Source of the DNA: Hydrolagus affinis
Lineage: Eukaryota
Length of the DNA stretch: 59,055 nt
Direction of reading: 5' to 3'
NCBI GenBank assembly: GCA_012026655.1
Contig: JAAILG010000043.1
Location: 124,001-183,055, forward strand
In this document: one piece after another, positions 39,331 through 52,562 of the stretch
How the letters are laid out: every line of letters starts with the position of its first letter
Numbering within the stretch: position 1 is the stretch's first letter
Made by a program: the position numbers and the translations under genes
Notes under the pieces: generated by a model
Databases searched by the model: none
Seen by the model: only the letters and a program-made list of their open reading frames with translations
What the model was told of the DNA's origin: nothing

Positions 39331-42300
39331 TAGTGATATGCGATCATCGATGTTGGGAAATTCCATTATAGAGAAGTAACAACGAGAAGTACTAAAGAGA
39401 CTTTTTTAAATGGATTGTGTGTGACACATCTTGTAGTTAAAGTGCACAGTATGTCCTCATCGCACAATCATCAGCTCCCTATGTGTAACACTAGGGGTAC
39501 CAGAACAACGATCATTTTGAATGTAATCAAGACGTCTGAAATCTTAGCGCCCACATTTAACAGGTGACGATAGTGACAACTCAAGACCGTGGTAGAAATC
39601 TTTTTTTTCCCTCTCAATATTCTTATTAACTCTGTTTTTTGTCGATGATTTTTGAGGTGGATTTATAATTATAATGACCGCAATTTAGGCTGAGTAGGTG
39701 CTGTTATTTCCTTCTTATGACTGCTTGCAAAAAAACAATGGTCTCAGTTATGCATTTAATAGCTTCACAGTGTTCTGCCAGATTGAATGTGCTGTAATTC
39801 AGTTACAATATTTGGCAGAACAGCACTGCATTGTAACATACGTAACCAAAAACAGATATTGTTTTAAGCAGTAGTAAATGAAAAAACAATAGTAACAATT
39901 CAGATTGGTTTCAAGCCGCTTTCATCCATGTTCTGAATGAAAACCTTATTCTGAGACAATTGTTACCTAATCAGTTACACTCACGTGGCTCACAACTTTT
40001 TACTATAGCCTTCTCTCGCTCTATATCATCCACCTTGCCTTGCTCCAAACAACCGTAGCCTTTCCATTTGGTCTTAATGAATTATATAATCCTTGCATTT
40101 TGATACAACGCCTTATCACTTCTTCGAAACATCTTGAAGCCCTTCACAGAATATACTGTAAAGTGAATTGGGACTATATTTTGTGGCCAATTTCTTCAGC
40201 ATTAAGAGGAATTAATGTCAGATTTATTCTTAAGAATATACTAGTTACAGCATTCCCATGTTATATTTACCTGATCCGTCTCTTCATGCCACTAAACGGT
40301 AATTCAAATCAGTGGTGTGATTATAAGCCGGTAAGATTTATATGAGGATTTTGCAGAGAGGATGTTCCCACTCTGTTTCCTTGTTAATTTTCAGTATTAA
40401 TGAACACCAGTTTCTGGAGTGTTTTCTTGAAATGCAAATTAAATGCTCCATAGTTTCTATCTTTGGATGAAACATGGAATGGTCAACCTATTATTGTGGA
40501 TTGAATGGATGACGAATGCATGCATGACGCTGTTTTGAAGAAGAGGAGGGTGGTGCACTGACCAATATTTCTCCCTCATCTAAATTACCCTAATAAACAT
40601 TCATCATGTTTCATCATGGTGGTCATTATCCTGATTGCTTTTCATGGGATGTTGCTGACATAACATACTTACCCTTTAAAAGTACCCTTTTAACCTGCCT
40701 CAACCAACAGTCCGTTTATCTCTCTTACACTCCAGAACCTCCCTGACTCCTGTTTTGACATTTGGGTACTGTCAAGTGATAATCACGACCATCAAATCCA
40801 TTAGCAAAGATTACAATTTTGACTCCTACTTATTCAGCATCTAGCAAGGATTGAACCTATCTGTATGGCTATCAAATGGCCAAAGCCCACGAGACCTCCT
40901 GGCCAGCAATATCTATCACTCATTCCTCCTGTTTTATGGCTTGATGCAAATCTACAGATCTCTCTTGTTCCCCTGTGTATTATTAATACAGCAACTTAGC
41001 CTGTTAACATCAATACAATGAACATTTACGCATCCCTGGGTTCTTATAAAATATGCTTCTTTAAATGACAGCCCTCTCCTCTCACAGTGTGTCCACTTAC
41101 ATTCTTGAATTCCATTCTGGTAATATAATAACAATATTCCTTGCATTTGTTATAGCACCTTATGACGTCGCTGAGACGTCTCAAAGCACTACACAGGATA
41201 TACTGTTAAGTGGACCAACTGTATTTTGTAGGTAGACTATGTGTCACTGGGCAGAACACTGCATTAAAGTACTTGTAGGGGAATTACACTTATTACCCCC
41301 CATTTGGCAGGAATACTTGAATTGGAAGTTGTTTGTAAAAGAAATAAGATCATTATTTACCCTGGCACCTTCTTTATTCATATACGTTTTTTCCATAACA
41401 AAGGTCACTTCCTCTGGATTGCCTTCATCTCATGTGTAAACTTGGCCATCTCCTCCCAGGCCTGTCACTTTCCAGAAATGTTGGTATGGGCAGGGGGAGG
41501 GGATGGGGGAGAATGATCTATACTCTGAGAAGCAGGATATCTCTGGTTCCACATTCCACTCACAAGGAGCTTCAAAGTGATTCAAACTTTGCGATGTGCT
41601 TGTAAAACTTTACCCTGAACAGTTGTCTTTGCCTAAAGTTTAACCTGATGGTGCGTGATCGGGGGCCATGTGTTTGAAATGACCAATCATTTCCACATGC
41701 ACTCGTATTTGTAACTTTAAATTTACCACTAGGTTTTGGAATTTACTATATCTAGTTCCTTTTGTTTTTTGATAAGCACAGTAGATTAGGATAGACCCAA
41801 AGTCTGCTTGTCCCAAGTACGTACTGCTAGTTACATGGAAAAAGATAACAGATGAAGTCAGGAACTTACGCACTACATTTTAAACCTCGTAAATGTTTAG
41901 ACAAACACTTCATGTAATTTGCATTCCAGTTCAACAAATAAATCTGACTCCATCACCAACATTCATTACGTCTACGCTTTGCAGTCAAAAGTCCTCCTGT
42001 TCCTTTCTTAATGAGATTTACACTATCTATCATTCGGATTTACACTGAACTGTTTAAAAGGAAGTAAGTGAACCATCTGGTGATAAGAGCAATTAACCAC
42101 TGTTCTTACCATTTCCCCACATCCTCTATTAGGAGATATACTACTATTCTTTTTCAACTGTGAAGCTAAACTGCTCATTGTTCCCATATGGTTTGTATAA
42201 TTAAACCTTTATTTCTAAAACACTGTCCATCTGATTGAAACCGGTTTCTTGTGACAGCATTGAGATCTGATGGATCAAAGTGAGCGCACTTTAAAACCCT

Positions 42301-42451
42301 TTATCTATCCTTCCCTCCTTCTTCTCTCCTCTCCCGAAGGAATTTGACTTCTTTTTTCCCCCCATTCTAAGAACTGAGGCTCCATATGTCCCAGGTGCCA
42401 TCTAGGCCCTCACCTCAGTGCCCATCACTCACAAGTGTTTCTCCATTGTAA

Positions 42452-42828
42452 AAACAACAAAATTGCATTTGTTGCAAAAAAGCGCCTTTCATGTCAAGAA
42501 GATGTCCTTAAGTCGCTGGACAGTCAATGTTTCAGACCCAAGCTGGGGTCGGGATCAGAGAGGATGGAGGGGAAGGAGGGGATTTGGGTTGACCAATGGG
42601 ACCATGAGTGAAGGAGGACTGCAGGATAGAATTCCAGAGGTTAGGGGCAGAGTGGCTGAAGGCTCGCCTGCCGATAGTGGGGCAGGTGTTCGGGGTACAT
42701 GGAGCAGGCCAGAGCCCGCTGAGTGGAGGGAGCAGGCAGGTTGATAGGGTGTTAGGAGGTCGCAGAGGTAGGGTGGGGCAAGGTCGTGGAGGGCTTTGAA
42801 GGTGAGGACCAGGATCTTGAATTCAATC
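42452..42828 (-). mobile_element. L2 LINE 3' end
   Basis: Aligns with the reverse complement of ~26085-26515. Confidence 0.88.
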
Positions 42829-45800
42829 TGGTTGGTAAGAGTCGATTGCGCTTTTCAACCAAACAATCAACTCAGTTAGAAGCTCCAAAATTTTCTGGCC
42901 AGAAGGACATTTACTGACCCTCAATTCTGAAACGAGTGAGCCCTGGATTAAACTCCCCTTAATAATTTGGGGCACTGAATCCAATTGTACTGTCACTTCT
43001 GCCCGTTCACAAAGATGAGCTAATTCAGTATGGACCAAGCATTGAACCTGGGCCTTTCTAATCCAAATGGCTCAGCTAGTTAGCAGAGAAGCTCAATTGA
43101 TTAGAGTCTCTTTGATCTGGTTCTGTAATGCAGTGGTTCATGTCAACCAAATCTTTTGTTCACATTTACTCCAGGCAGAGGAGTAAAGTGCGTGTCAGTG
43201 GTAAGTGGTGCTCATCACAGGACAGGAATAAGATAAGATTGTGTCTAATATTTTATACATTCTTCATGGGGCATGTCTGGCAACTGCAGAGAAGACAGAA
43301 CAGGAGAGAGAGAGAGAGAGACAAGGTAGAGGGAGGGAGGGAGAGATCAAACAAAGAGAAAACATCATGCAGACAAAGAAAGACAAAGAAAATTTACAAG
43401 GCACAAGGCAAAACGTGTGAAAGAGCTGGAGGCAGAAACCAGAGAGTTAATCCATTAAAGAAGAAACAGAAACTCGGAAAACAGATAACAAGATGGGAAA
43501 GGAGAAGAAAACAATGAAGGATATCGTGTGCAGTTTATTTTGTGTGTATACATGAGCAGAACTTTTCACATTAATCCCTCAACCCTTCCCTCCACTCCTG
43601 ACTAATGCTACCTAAATAAAAGCTCAGGAGCAAAATCACCTGATATTCAAGTGAAACTATTGGCTTCCACTATTGCTATTTAGTCCAGCAATAGTCCACT
43701 AGAACAACAATGTGACTGCTTTGGCGCATACGTGGAACAAAGGCTGGAAGACACAGGGAATTTAAATATAAAAGCTGTTCTGCTGGGATCGCACAATGAG
43801 AGACACTCAATTGTTAACAGTCACTTGGGTGTCGCTCACAGTGTAGTCAGAGGCCCAGTAAAAGAAGCATAAGTAATCCTTCCCATTGTAAAGCGCAAAC
43901 TGAACCACTCCTTTTCAGCTACTGAACTCGTCCTCATACTTGCCAGCGTGGAGTATCCCCTTTTGTGTTAACCCTTCACATTTCACAGAACAGTGACAGG
44001 ATTACAATTGGCAAATAAACGCGAGATCTCTGTTTACCTTCATGGCAAAACTTACAAATGGTTTAGAATTGTTGTTTGAATTTTTAAGGGGCTTTGCAAA
44101 ACACAAGTGGCATGCTTTGATATCCCTAAGGATTGTATTCCTGATTTACAATCCGATAAAGTATGTGCATTCAAATATTAAGGCGGTCAAGAGCTTTGAA
44201 CGCACGCATGTTTTTCCCAAACCAACAGACTTAATAGATTCTTCAGATTCACCAGAGTTGGTCAGAACAACCTATGACCCTTCCACCCCTTTTTGGCCTC
44301 TGAACAAGAACACAGCTCCAATTCCTTCTCCAAGGGTCAGCGATCTCCAATCTGCCTGTTGTTCTTCCAGCTTGACATTTGAAGGCGACCTCTCTCTTAG
44401 AGGTCGCCATCAACCTTGAAATGAGGCAAACATTTCAACACATATTTTCTACAGTCATTCCCATTTCTTTATTTGTAGCACAGCGTTAGTAATTTGGGGA
44501 GACTCAAATGGTCTGTCTTTTAATTTTTAAACCTCTTCTAATCGACCTTCTTCTAATCTGACTTGTGCCCCAAATCTCTGGAACTCTCCGTTTCAATCCC
44601 TAGCTTTTGCCTTCTCTTTGCCAGTCTTTCAAATGAAACCTGAAGACTTTCCTCTTCGACCGTGCCTTTGGTCACCTCTCCGCTTTTTCCAGCTCAGTGT
44701 CAAACCACATCACTGTGGCCTTTATGCCTATGTATGCCTATGATTTATATCCCTTCCTGTTGATGGTACTACCAGATGGAGGTGCGGAGCTCGAGCAACC
44801 TCCCTGAGAACATGCGCTTATTAAAGTTATGTGTTTACAGAAAGAATAGATTGGCATATGCATATATCTCAATTGTTGCATTCCCCCTCAAATAACCTTG
44901 CTCTTCCATGCTCCAAGATTAGCCACCTTATGCCTGAGATCCCATGTGATTCCAATAAATTAAACGACTAGCCTTGGGGAGAGTAAACAGAAGAAATTGC
45001 AACTCTCCACTTGGAAAGAATTATTCAATTTCAAAATAGTTTGGATTCAACCTCAGCATTGCACTCCAGCATTGTATGTGAATAATTCATAAGGTGTAGA
45101 CCCAAGCAGTTGCCAATTTGCATTTTCCTGTTCAAGCTTTAACTCAGTATTAAAAGCTTGGCCCTGCCATGGTTTGTAAACCATTGGCAGAAATAGAAGT
45201 AATATCATTAGTAGTAATGCTTGCACTTGTAATGCCTTTTCGAATCAAAATGCCTCAAAGTGAAGATCTGTGAAGTGCAGTGACAGTGTATGTGTAAGGC
45301 TTTGAGATGTTTATTGTGATAAGGTGCAATATCAATTGCAGGATTATTATTATAAAATTTACTCAAATATTTTTCACAATACAGTATGGTACCAAAAGTT
45401 AAAGGATCAATGACAGAACAGACTGTAACATGATCCTAAAGTGCTTGTGACTCTGTGAATTCCTCCAGATATAATGAGTTCTAGGGAGATGACCGCAGAC
45501 TTTAATCTTTACTATAGTATTATGCGATAGATCTGTTTAAATAACAGAATACTTACCCTGGAATTGTTAAATGAATGGCATGAAAAACTAAGCAGTGAAG
45601 CAGTGAAGGAAGAGTTTCAAATCAAAAAATCCATTTCCGTAAATAATTTTTTTTCTCTTTTGTTGCATTATATTAAACCAATGGTTCCTTCAGAGACTTG
45701 ATGAATTGGCTTCAACAGAGCTAATGAGCTACTTGTGTTCTTATTTTCTTATGACAATTGATCAAATATTTGCAGCAGTATATTTTTTATGAAAGATGAT

Positions 45801-47874
45801 AACAATGTTTTTTTGAATGTATTACCCATCCTTGTCAAGAACTAAAAATCTTATTTGAAGTTGAAGGACGTAATCTGATAGAATCGTGGACCAGGCTGAA
45901 TGGCCTATCCTGTTCCTATTTTCCTATTATGATTTCTGAAAATACAGTACCAATCATCAGTCACTCCTTCCGTGCCCCTTACATTATGTGTAAACAGATT
46001 CATCCATGAACACTCCATTATGCCCATCCGTATGAAAGGTTTTTCCTTACCGCGGACTGATGAGTGAATACAGCTGGACAGAACAAAGCCAGCAGAACGT
46101 AGCTATTGACTTTTCCCCATATCCTCGCGAGAGTTTTGATTTCTTTAGAAAGCAGCCACGGGGATCGTGGGAGTGAACGCTGCCAATTCACCCTGCTATA
46201 AATCTTCCGTAACATTCTGAAATTTACACAGAAGATAATTAAGAAGGTATTTCCAACTGAGAATCACAGTTAAACATTTGATTTTTGCTTCCTAGTAAAG
46301 TTTTACTGTTTTCTTGCAAGTCATTTGTTTCTGGCATTCAATGTCAGTTATTGGCAGGAGGTCACAATATTGTACCACTTTTGTCAAAATTGTTTATAGT
46401 CCATTTCTACAGACATGAAACTGCTGATATTAAATGGCCAAGAACAAAGAAGTTTTTGTTAAAAGTTGTACAAATGACGTTTTGCAATACGTTCCCAATA
46501 GATTCAGATTTTAATGTCAAAACAAAATGTCGTCATGAATTGAGCCTGATTAACAACTGGAAATTTATGACTCTTGTTAGTGCCTTTTCTCATTTCACTT
46601 ATATCTTGGGGTAGTAAAAATACTTGCAATGCAGGGTTTGAATTTAATGCTGTGTCTATCCTGCACATCTATAGCCGCAAACTGCAATGAGCTGAAGCCT
46701 CCTCCATCATTTAGTCCAAAACATAGGTCAAGAGTTTTGAACAGGCCAGTTTTGTTTTATGTTAGTAACAATCTGATTGCATGTATGGCTCTAACATTAA
46801 CTAAAATAAATTAACAGACAACAGATCTTGAATTCCATTCAACACCAAAAATACATCTGCACAGAATGTGTAAATAGAGTGTTTACATATATTCACTCCA
46901 ATTTCAAAGCAACATAAAACAGAAACAAAGTGGACTTCCTACTCCACATTGCTGTATTGCCAAAGCAATTTTAGAAATTCAGTGTAATGCCTGAGCATTT
47001 TTAACTCAATTTATCATATCTCTTTTGTAAAAGCCACTGACAAAATGCTGAATTTCCTTAAGTCAAATATTTTTTATTTTCCTTCTATTCTCTGTACAGT
47101 ACACACTCAACTTGGGGAGCATACTCACATTTGGGGACTGTCGCCCTGCATCCCTCTCACACTCTTGAATAAGATTCAATGGAGTTGCAGCGCTGACAAA
47201 TTATGGCTTTATTAATGTATTGTATTCTTTGTCAGCTAGTTTAATGTTTCCAAAAACCGCACACAGATCTGTTCTAAATCTACTCTACTTAAAAACAGAT
47301 GCAATTGCTTAATATTGAAAACTGACAGAATTAAAAGTGTGTGTATTTCTTGGTATTTCGGGCTCAAGTTCCCAACCTCTCCCTTTCCATTCTTAGTTTG
47401 CCTCCACTTTTACTTATTTTTATTTTTCTCCTTTTTTGCGTCAATTGCAATCTCACTCCTAATTCCTGATTCCCAGATTTGCTTCCTGTTTTTGAAGATG
47501 GGTGACTTCCATCTTCAGATTCATTTGGAGGTCACTGAAATCACTCATCCATTTGCATGAATTAAAATATGGCATCTACAATGAGAGATAGGGAGAGAGA
47601 AGATTCAGTGCTGCACTTTTTGTCATGATGGCATCAATTAATTTGTGATTCCTACTTTACTATTCTGAAATAAGGACTCCACTTTGTTTTGGCCATGTCA
47701 TAGCTCTACACGACTGTTCCAACCATCAAACACCTGCAGGAAAAAGGTGATGCTGACAAATTAAGAGTCTTATTGCAAAAATGATTCCAAAACTGCAAAA
47801 GTGTATGGACAAAACTGCTTGCTGCTGGTACATTGTCATTTTGAAACCAAAAGCCTGCCAAGATATTGAATGCT

Positions 47875-48020
47875 CCACGACTGTTTATGGTACACTGGTG
47901 TGTGCAATTGGCTGTCATATTCCCCCCCCACAAAATATACAGTCAATTCACTTTATTGAATAATCTGTGACGTCTCAAAGACGTGACAAGGTACTATATC
48001 AATTGTAGGGATTATTCTTA
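47875..48020 (+). mobile_element. SINE 3' half
   Basis: tgtgcaattggctg...cagtcaattcacttt...gacgtgac...ggattatt. Confidence 0.7.
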
Positions 48021-48506
48021 TGGTTGTCTCTTCTGTCTTTTATAACCTCAGACACTAATATCGGAACAACGTGATGGTGAAAGATTATTTCATAGCTCTT
48101 TCTTCTACACTGCTCCCAATAATATACTCATTTTGATTGTAATTCTAAAACGTCATTTCTCTAAAATGTATAAAAACAAGTAAACTACGTTACATTATCC
48201 TCAAACAGTTTAACTACAGATCTAGTTTACAATGAAAAGCAACTTCTCAGGTGGATTTTAACACTAATGAAAAGGCTCTAGTCTTTCTTAACAACATTTT
48301 AAGGTGCAAATTGCCAAATGGACAGAAGATCTCATTTCACATGTGCTTCAGTAATAATGTCCCACAGGAAGCACATATTCAAATTCAGGATCCAGCTGCT
48401 TGTTATTGCAGTCAGTGTTGTAATTACATATTACATCAAGGAAAAGTAAAATTACACTAGTTTGAAGTTGGAAAATGTAATCCTTTTTTTTAGAAAAAAC
48501 CTGTAC

Positions 48507-48570
48507 AGCGCCTTGGGACGTCCTCCCGACGTGAAAGGCGCTCTATAAATGTAATTTGTTGTTGTTGTTG
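48507..48570 (+). mobile_element. Minimal L2 tail (stem-loop plus (GTT)n)
   Basis: agcgccttgggacgtcctcccgacgtgaaaggcgctctataaatgtaatttgttgttg; a similar copy lies at ~31930-31990. Confidence 0.8.
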
Positions 48571-49050
48571 TACAACTGTAGTTATTGCTGAGATTTAAAT
48601 TACTTTCCGAAGTGCTAAATATTTCAAATGAGCTACACAAACAATGGAGTCAGATTGCGTCAGCAAATTTAAGAGGGAATGAGTTGGTTATTTGGCAAAT
48701 ATGGCATGACATATTGTACAGGATTTAGTTACTATAATTTTTTATTTTGGTACTGGGTAGGCAGGCCATGATGGTCGTTTCCAGTAAATTATTGTGTTCT
48801 TATGTACTGCCACTTTCAGGGTCTCCTTGCTCTAAATAACATTTCATTTACTGTATACACATTTTTTGGCCTTAACCTGCAAATGGTTTGTATACTTTAG
48901 TATCCAATCACATGTCATAATCAACTAATCGATATACGTTGCTTGATTCACCTTCTCATTATTAGTGATCATTAGCCCTATGACTATCTTACACTTTGTC
49001 TTAATTCAGGTCGTTTAGAAACAATGAGGTCTAAACAATATCTATCATTG

Positions 49051-49351
49051 TGGAGTCCTGTAGCTCAGTGGTGAGGGCATTCGCCTCACAAGCGATAAAC
49101 CTGGGTTTGATTCCTGGCAGGGCAAAATCTTGGGCAAGTTTCCTTACTCCACACGGCTGATAATAATCCTTCAAGAAAAAAATCAATAAATTGGTCCCTG
49201 ACTTTGTGAGATACTGCTGTGCGCAATTGGCTGATGCATTTCACTCACAAAAATTCAGTCAATTCACTGTACAATATATAATGTGAAATACTTTGAGATG
49301 TCTGGAATACTTGAAAAGCACTATATTAAATGCAAGTGTTATTAACATTAT
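49051..49351 (+). mobile_element. Full-length tRNA-derived SINE with 8-bp target-site duplication
   Basis: tggagtcctgtagctcagtgg head; tatcattg at 49043-49050 and 49352-49359. Confidence 0.88.
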
Positions 49352-49511
49352 TATCATTGAATCCAGCCCACAATTTCCCCTTTGTCACCCAGCCCTACTC
49401 ACCCACCACCCCCAAAATTCTTTGATGAGTAATCTTGCTTTCTTTACTTTCACCGAGCTTAGTATGCACCAAACTCCCCGACCACACCATTCCCACCCTC
49501 ACCCGGCAACA

Positions 49512-49926
49512 TTGGTTCCCTATCACCTAGAAATGCGAATTCAAGATCTTTGTCCTCACTTTCAAGGCCATTCACGGCCTCCTACCTCTCCGACCTACTG
49601 ACTCCCTATGAACGTGCCCACACCCTTCGTTCAGTGGGCTCCAGTCTGCTTCATATCCCCCGCCCGACCCACCCTACCATTGGTGGAGAGGCCTTCAATC
49701 TCTCTGCCCCCACACTCTGTAACTCTATCCCACAGTCCTTTGACCTCACTTTCTCCCTTTCCTCCTTCAAGGCCGGTCCCAAGTCCCTCCTCTTCGATCG
49801 TACCTTCTGCTGCCCTCCTAAGTCTCTCCTTCTCCCCTCCCTGCTCGGGTCCTGCCATGACTTGCTCAGTGCCTTGGAATGTCCCCCGATGTGAAGGGTG
49901 CTTTATAAATGTAATTTTGTTGTTGT
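49512..49926 (+). mobile_element. L2 LINE 3' end
   Basis: aattcaagatctttgtcctcactttcaagg... stem-loop and (GTT)n. Confidence 0.85.
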
Positions 49927-50891
49927 AATTGCTGGATTCTAATGTCTTTTACTTTACAGCAGGTTTTTTTGCCTGTGCCTCCCACTGCAGTGCAATCTTT
50001 TTAGCCCCAAGCTTCAGAGCAACGCTTTTAACTAAAACCCCATCAACATGGAGCACTTTTCCATTCTATTCTATCAATGGAACAACAACAACAAAATTAC
50101 ACTTGTATAGCGCCTTTCATGTCACAAGGTGCTGGACAGTCATTGTTTCAGACCCGAGCTGGGGACGGGGTCCGTACAGCATAAAGCATATTGAAACCCT
50201 AAAATTCATCCATTTACGACCTGCTAGTGCGGTACAATCAAATGCAAGCCTGCCAAATTTGGTCAGGATATCCCAAGCCCACATTAGCGTATATCTAAAA
50301 CAGCAGGTTTGCCAAGTGTGAACCTGACCTCACTCCAATGATATCACTTTGTTACAAAACCTTGCCAATACTGTTAACATCAGTGTGGTAATGCTTATAT
50401 TTGGTACAGGATCTGATAAAATTGAAAGGTCACAAGGCACTTTACAATGATTTATACAGTATTTAGCAAGATTGCAGAGGCAAATCAAATCTTTGCCAGC
50501 AACCAAACCACAATGATAAATAAAAAGTCATCCACACATTTGAGAGCACATCACAGTGAATTGCTGTGTTGTGACAGTATATTTTATTGGAAGGCAAACG
50601 TTCAGACAACAGATGTCCCATCATCATCCATGCATTGAATTACCACATTATCTGGATGCTTGTGGGCCAAATACTTGGGAGAAGCACCTTTCTAACCAAG
50701 GACATACTGCAACCCCAATGTAAACCTGTAAAGTGGCAATATTACACCTAAGGACTTGAAGCCTCTTTCCTGAGTACACCAGGCTACAAGACAGGATACT
50801 GTTGAATTCATCACCACTCAGAAGCATTTGAGTTCAGCATCTTCGCATGTTAAAATGTGTGAAGGGGGAAAAAAAAAGCACAATAATTGTA

Positions 50892-51270
50892 CAAACAAAA
50901 TTACATTTGTAGGGCGCCTTTCACGTCGGGAGGACGTCCCAGGGTGCTGAAGAGTCAGGGTTCCGCACTAGTGGGTCGTAAATGGGTGAATTTTAGCATT
51001 TCAATATGCTTTGTGCTGTACGGATTCTTCCAATAATAGAATACAATGGAAAAGTGCTTAACATTGATGGGTTTTTTTAGTTAAAAGCATTGACCCGAGC
51101 ATGAGGGGAGGGGGGGGGGGGGCGGAGTGGGGGGGTGGTCAGGGTTGGGATGATGGAGGACAGAGAGGTAGGACAGCGGCTGAAGGCAGGATCGAAGAGA
51201 AGGATCTTGAGACTGATCGTGAAGGAGGTAAGGTAGGTAGCAAGGTGAAGGGATTGTGGAATGGAGTTCC
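50892..51270 (-). mobile_element. L2 LINE 3' end interrupted by a ~130-bp insert (50963-51092)
   Basis: Tail and stem-loop at 50892-50957; L2 UTR resumes near 51092 (gacccgagc...). Confidence 0.8.
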
Positions 51271-52519
51271 AAAGCAAGCTCGCTTTATGAAATTTTACAA
51301 AGCTTACTACATAAGTGCACAAACCCTATATCTTTGATAAATGCGGTCATTTACTTTCAGTAGTTATAATTCCCAAAGATGGGCCTTCCAATTTAAATTC
51401 TGTACTTCAGAGATCACTAAAAAGGCTGCATTATTGGAGAGGTATCAAAGCTTATTTAAGAAAAGAAATCACAGATAAGATATTACTACTTAGCATTCAC
51501 TACTAAAAGGTACATAATGACATGTTGGAACAACCTCAAAATCAATTTGGCAGAAGAGCAATACATTATCCTGAATGTCCTCCAGATGGAATAGATCTCC
51601 TTCAACTGCTGAAGCCTTCTAAAGTCTAAATTTGCAATAAAGTCACTTCAGGATCTAATAATGAACCTTGCATTTCACAAAATGCCTTTCACGAGAGAAC
51701 GTCCTGAATCGCTTTCACCTAATTGACTACAATTAGGTGAAAGTGGCAACCAATTCTCACCCAATTATGAAGTGAAACTACCAAATGTATCTGGAGGATA
51801 GTTGGCCAGAATATCAACAATACAAATTTTGATAAAATGTATTTACAGCAACTTCAAATGATGTCCACACACAGGAAAACTGTTCAATTTGTACACCATC
51901 GTAACACTCATTTTACCATAATGGTAAATAATCCATCACTTGCTTCTTGTTTGATTTAGTTATACTGAGAACATATTGATGAAAAAATCTCTGATCTTTT
52001 GCAATGATTGTATCGAAACATCATTGTGCGCTTACGATCATGTTGAGACGATGCTGACAAATCTTTCGCTGCAGGTAGCGATTTAGGGGAATATGCCACT
52101 TAAAATGAGAATCAAATCTAGCTGCACATCGTGCTCTGAACACAGCAAGGAGAAATAAACACATTACGACTGCCACAGATTGCCATGTACCCACTGACAA
52201 TGAGAGTTCAGAGGCTCAAGTCCACAGGATAGGACACAAAATGACATGAACCATGATCTGGGATAAATTACAGTACGTACACAGCAACTAGTTGTTTAGT
52301 CAAGGGAATGTTTCAGGGACTTATACAGAAGCAATGAGCACACCTGGCATATCAGAAACCTAGCTTTCCTCCCCTATACACCAAAAAAATTCAATTATTT
52401 AAAAATTAAATTAGAAATGGTCACCACGTTAGCAGAACTACCAATAAAAAGTGTTAAAATAAGACCCTTTTTAAAAAAAAATAAGAACAGTTCTTTGATG
52501 GAGAATTAGTAAAAAGCCA

Positions 52520-52562
52520 CACAAAGGATTGTATTCAAATATTTATTAAAACATTATATACA
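52520..52562 (-). terminator. Likely distal CHSY1 poly(A) site
   Basis: Minus strand: TGTATATA, then AATAAA (52542-52547), then a GU/U-rich element tttgtgtggcttttt; lies at the end of a repeat-free UTR-like tract. Confidence 0.6.

Noticed and set aside
43128-43517. 129-aa Lys/Arg/Glu-rich ORF
   Set aside because: Product of purine-rich low-complexity and (GA)n sequence.
44042-44419. 125-aa ORF
   Set aside because: No recognisable domain or splice context; only the hairpins are reported.
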